Positions 62,170 through 64,000 of a DNA stretch of 64,000 bases are shown piece after piece. The position numbers and the translations under genes are program-made. The stretch lies in the NCBI GenBank assembly GCA_964016885.1, contig OZ024740.1:119164001-119228000 (forward strand), given 5' to 3'. Origin of the DNA: Eledone cirrhosa. Taxonomy: Eukaryota. Below the pieces are notes generated by a model. That model was not told the DNA's origin. It worked only from the letters and a program-made list of their open reading frames with translations, and did not search any database. Position 1 is the first letter of the stretch, and each line of letters opens with the position of its first letter.

Positions 62170-62354
62170 TTGCTAGGGGAAAAGCACAAAAATAATGGGC
62201 GGAGGTGTTGAGAGTAGACTCAGATTGCTGATGCTTACGGAGGAGATGACGAAGGACCGTGACAAGTGGAGAGGTGCTATGCTGAATAGAACCCGTCCCA
62301 CCCATGCAAGCAGGGAAAAGCGGATGTAAAATGATGATGATGATGATGATGATG
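62170..62354 (+). mobile_element. Short RTE 3' end (short-UTR subfamily)
   Basis: GAGATGACGAAGGACCGTGACAAGTGG...GCAAGCAGGGAAAAGCGGATGTAAAA(TGA)n. Confidence 0.88.
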
Positions 62355-62364
62355 TTTATATATA

Positions 62365-62480
62365 TCATCATCATCATAATCATCATTTTACGTCTGCTTT
62401 TCCCTGCTTGCAAGGGTTGGACGGGTCCTATTCAGAACAGCATCTCTCCACTTGTCACGGTCCTTCGTCATATATATATA

Positions 62481-62572
<92 letters not shown>

Positions 62573-63266
62573 TCTGACGTCTGCTCTCACCACCTGCAAC
62601 CATGTTTTTGATGGTCTACATTCTATTGCATCTTCCTTCTACTGGGATTTCTTGGCACTTCTTTACCCAGTGGTCATCCTCCATGCGCATCATATGCCCA
62701 TACGATCTCAGTCTTCTCTCCTACACACCACAACATATCCCTCTTATACACAGTTTCTTCTCAACTTTTCCATGCTTGGTTGTTCACACACATTGACATT
62801 GCACATCCAACGGGGCATACTTGCTTCATTTCTCTCCAGCCGTCGCATATCCTCTGCAGTTGCTGTCCATGTCTCACTACCATGCGGCATTGCGCATCTC
62901 ACACAGGCATCATATAACCGTCCTTTCATACGCAGAAAGAAACACTTCTTTGTAGACAGAGAGAGCAGCTCGCTAAACTTCTTCCAACCCTTCCTTATTC
63001 TAGATACTATGGCCTTGGAACAGCCCCCTCCCATGCGAATCTGATCACCTAGGTACCGGAAGCTATCAACCACTTCTATAGAAGCGACCTGCATTGTAAA
63101 AATGTGTCTATCACTGTGATTACTACTGCCAACTTTCCCGTTACATCTAATACATACGTAGTTTTCCCTACCTGTTAGTTTGCCTGCTATCCCACTACAT
63201 CTCTTGTGTACCCAAGATCTGCATTGCATACATTTTATGGAATTTATGCCAGTTCCTTTCCTACAT
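62365..63266 (-). mobile_element. 5'-truncated RTE LINE (short-UTR subfamily) interrupted by (TA)n
   Basis: ORF 62744-63316 CRKGTGINSIKCMQCRSWVHKRC..VDSFRYLGD..HGSETW; TA tract 62470-62573 within the coding region. Confidence 0.93.
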
Positions 63267-63322
63267 ATATATACATATATACATATATGTATATATATGT
63301 ATATGTATGTATACATACATAT

Positions 63323-63361
<39 letters not shown>

Positions 63362-63364
<3 letters not shown>

Positions 63365-63848
63365 AAAAGGTGCAGAGCACTAGAAGTCGATGGAAACCGC
63401 GGAGTGGGGAGACCCAAGATGACCTGGGATGAGGTGATAAAAGCCGACCTTACCCAATTACACCTCTCAAAGGCGATGACACACGACCGTGACCTCTGGC
63501 GTCACGCAGTAATACAGAGTACCCGATCTCCCTTGGGTACAAGCTGAAGCATATAGACAATATGCCCCCCACCCCACTGCAAGATGGTCGTGGAGGTTCC
63601 ACAGCAAAAAAGCACCCAGCCCACACTGTAAAGTGGACGTATAGGCGCCACTTAAAAGCACCAAGCACTCACTGTAAATGAGGTTGGTGTTAGGAAGGGC
63701 ATCCAGCTGTAGAAATCAAGCCAAATCAGTTTCCTGTATGAGCAAGGCATGGTCAGCCGACCAGACACTGCCCACAACAGGACAACCCCTCTAACCCATG
63801 TTAGCGTGGAAGAACGGACGTAAAACGGTGATGATGATGATGATGATG
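63362..63848 (+). mobile_element. 5'-truncated RTE LINE 3' end
   Basis: KRCRALEVDGNRGVGRPKMTWDEVIKADL; 3' UTR; (GAT)n tail. Confidence 0.93.
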
Positions 63849-63874
63849 TATATGTATGTATATATATGTATATA

Positions 63875-64000
63875 TCATCATCATCATCATCATTTTACGT
63901 CCGCTTTTCCCTGCCTGCAAGGGTGAGACGGGAACTGATTCTGGCATGATTTCTACAGCTGGATGCCCTTCCTAACACCAACCTCATTTACAGTGAGTGC
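63875..64000 (-). mobile_element. RTE 3' UTR (chimeric terminus), running off the window
   Basis: Same fused terminus as 37045-37215. Confidence 0.85.

Overview
AT-rich, microsatellite-dense eukaryotic non-coding DNA (large intron or intergenic). I infer an octopod cephalopod from the RTE LINE 3' tails and tRNA-headed SINEs. I found no convincing host protein-coding exon; nearly all ORF-track entries are microsatellite artefacts or transposon relics. The window holds >10 RTE LINE fragments of several subfamilies, many SINE copies, at least four non-autonomous Helitron loci, and single relics of mariner, Gypsy (protease), R4-like and CRE-like (RLE) elements, a Penelope-like RT-thumb/GIY-YIG region and a TTAA MITE. 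The most striking signal is a dispersed set of minimal type-I hammerhead ribozyme (HHR) motifs (CUGA[A/U]GA...GAAA-short, often near-palindromic stem III-NUH). These sit in short non-coding modules that share parts of one layout: long perfect hairpin, then HHR, then a tail with a TTGAG(T/C)AC-like motif, next to (TA)n. Two modules are head-to-head palindromes with an HHR on each strand, and one is a ~1.2 kb direct-repeat-flanked retrozyme-like unit. All structures were read by eye; coordinates of degenerate elements are approximate.
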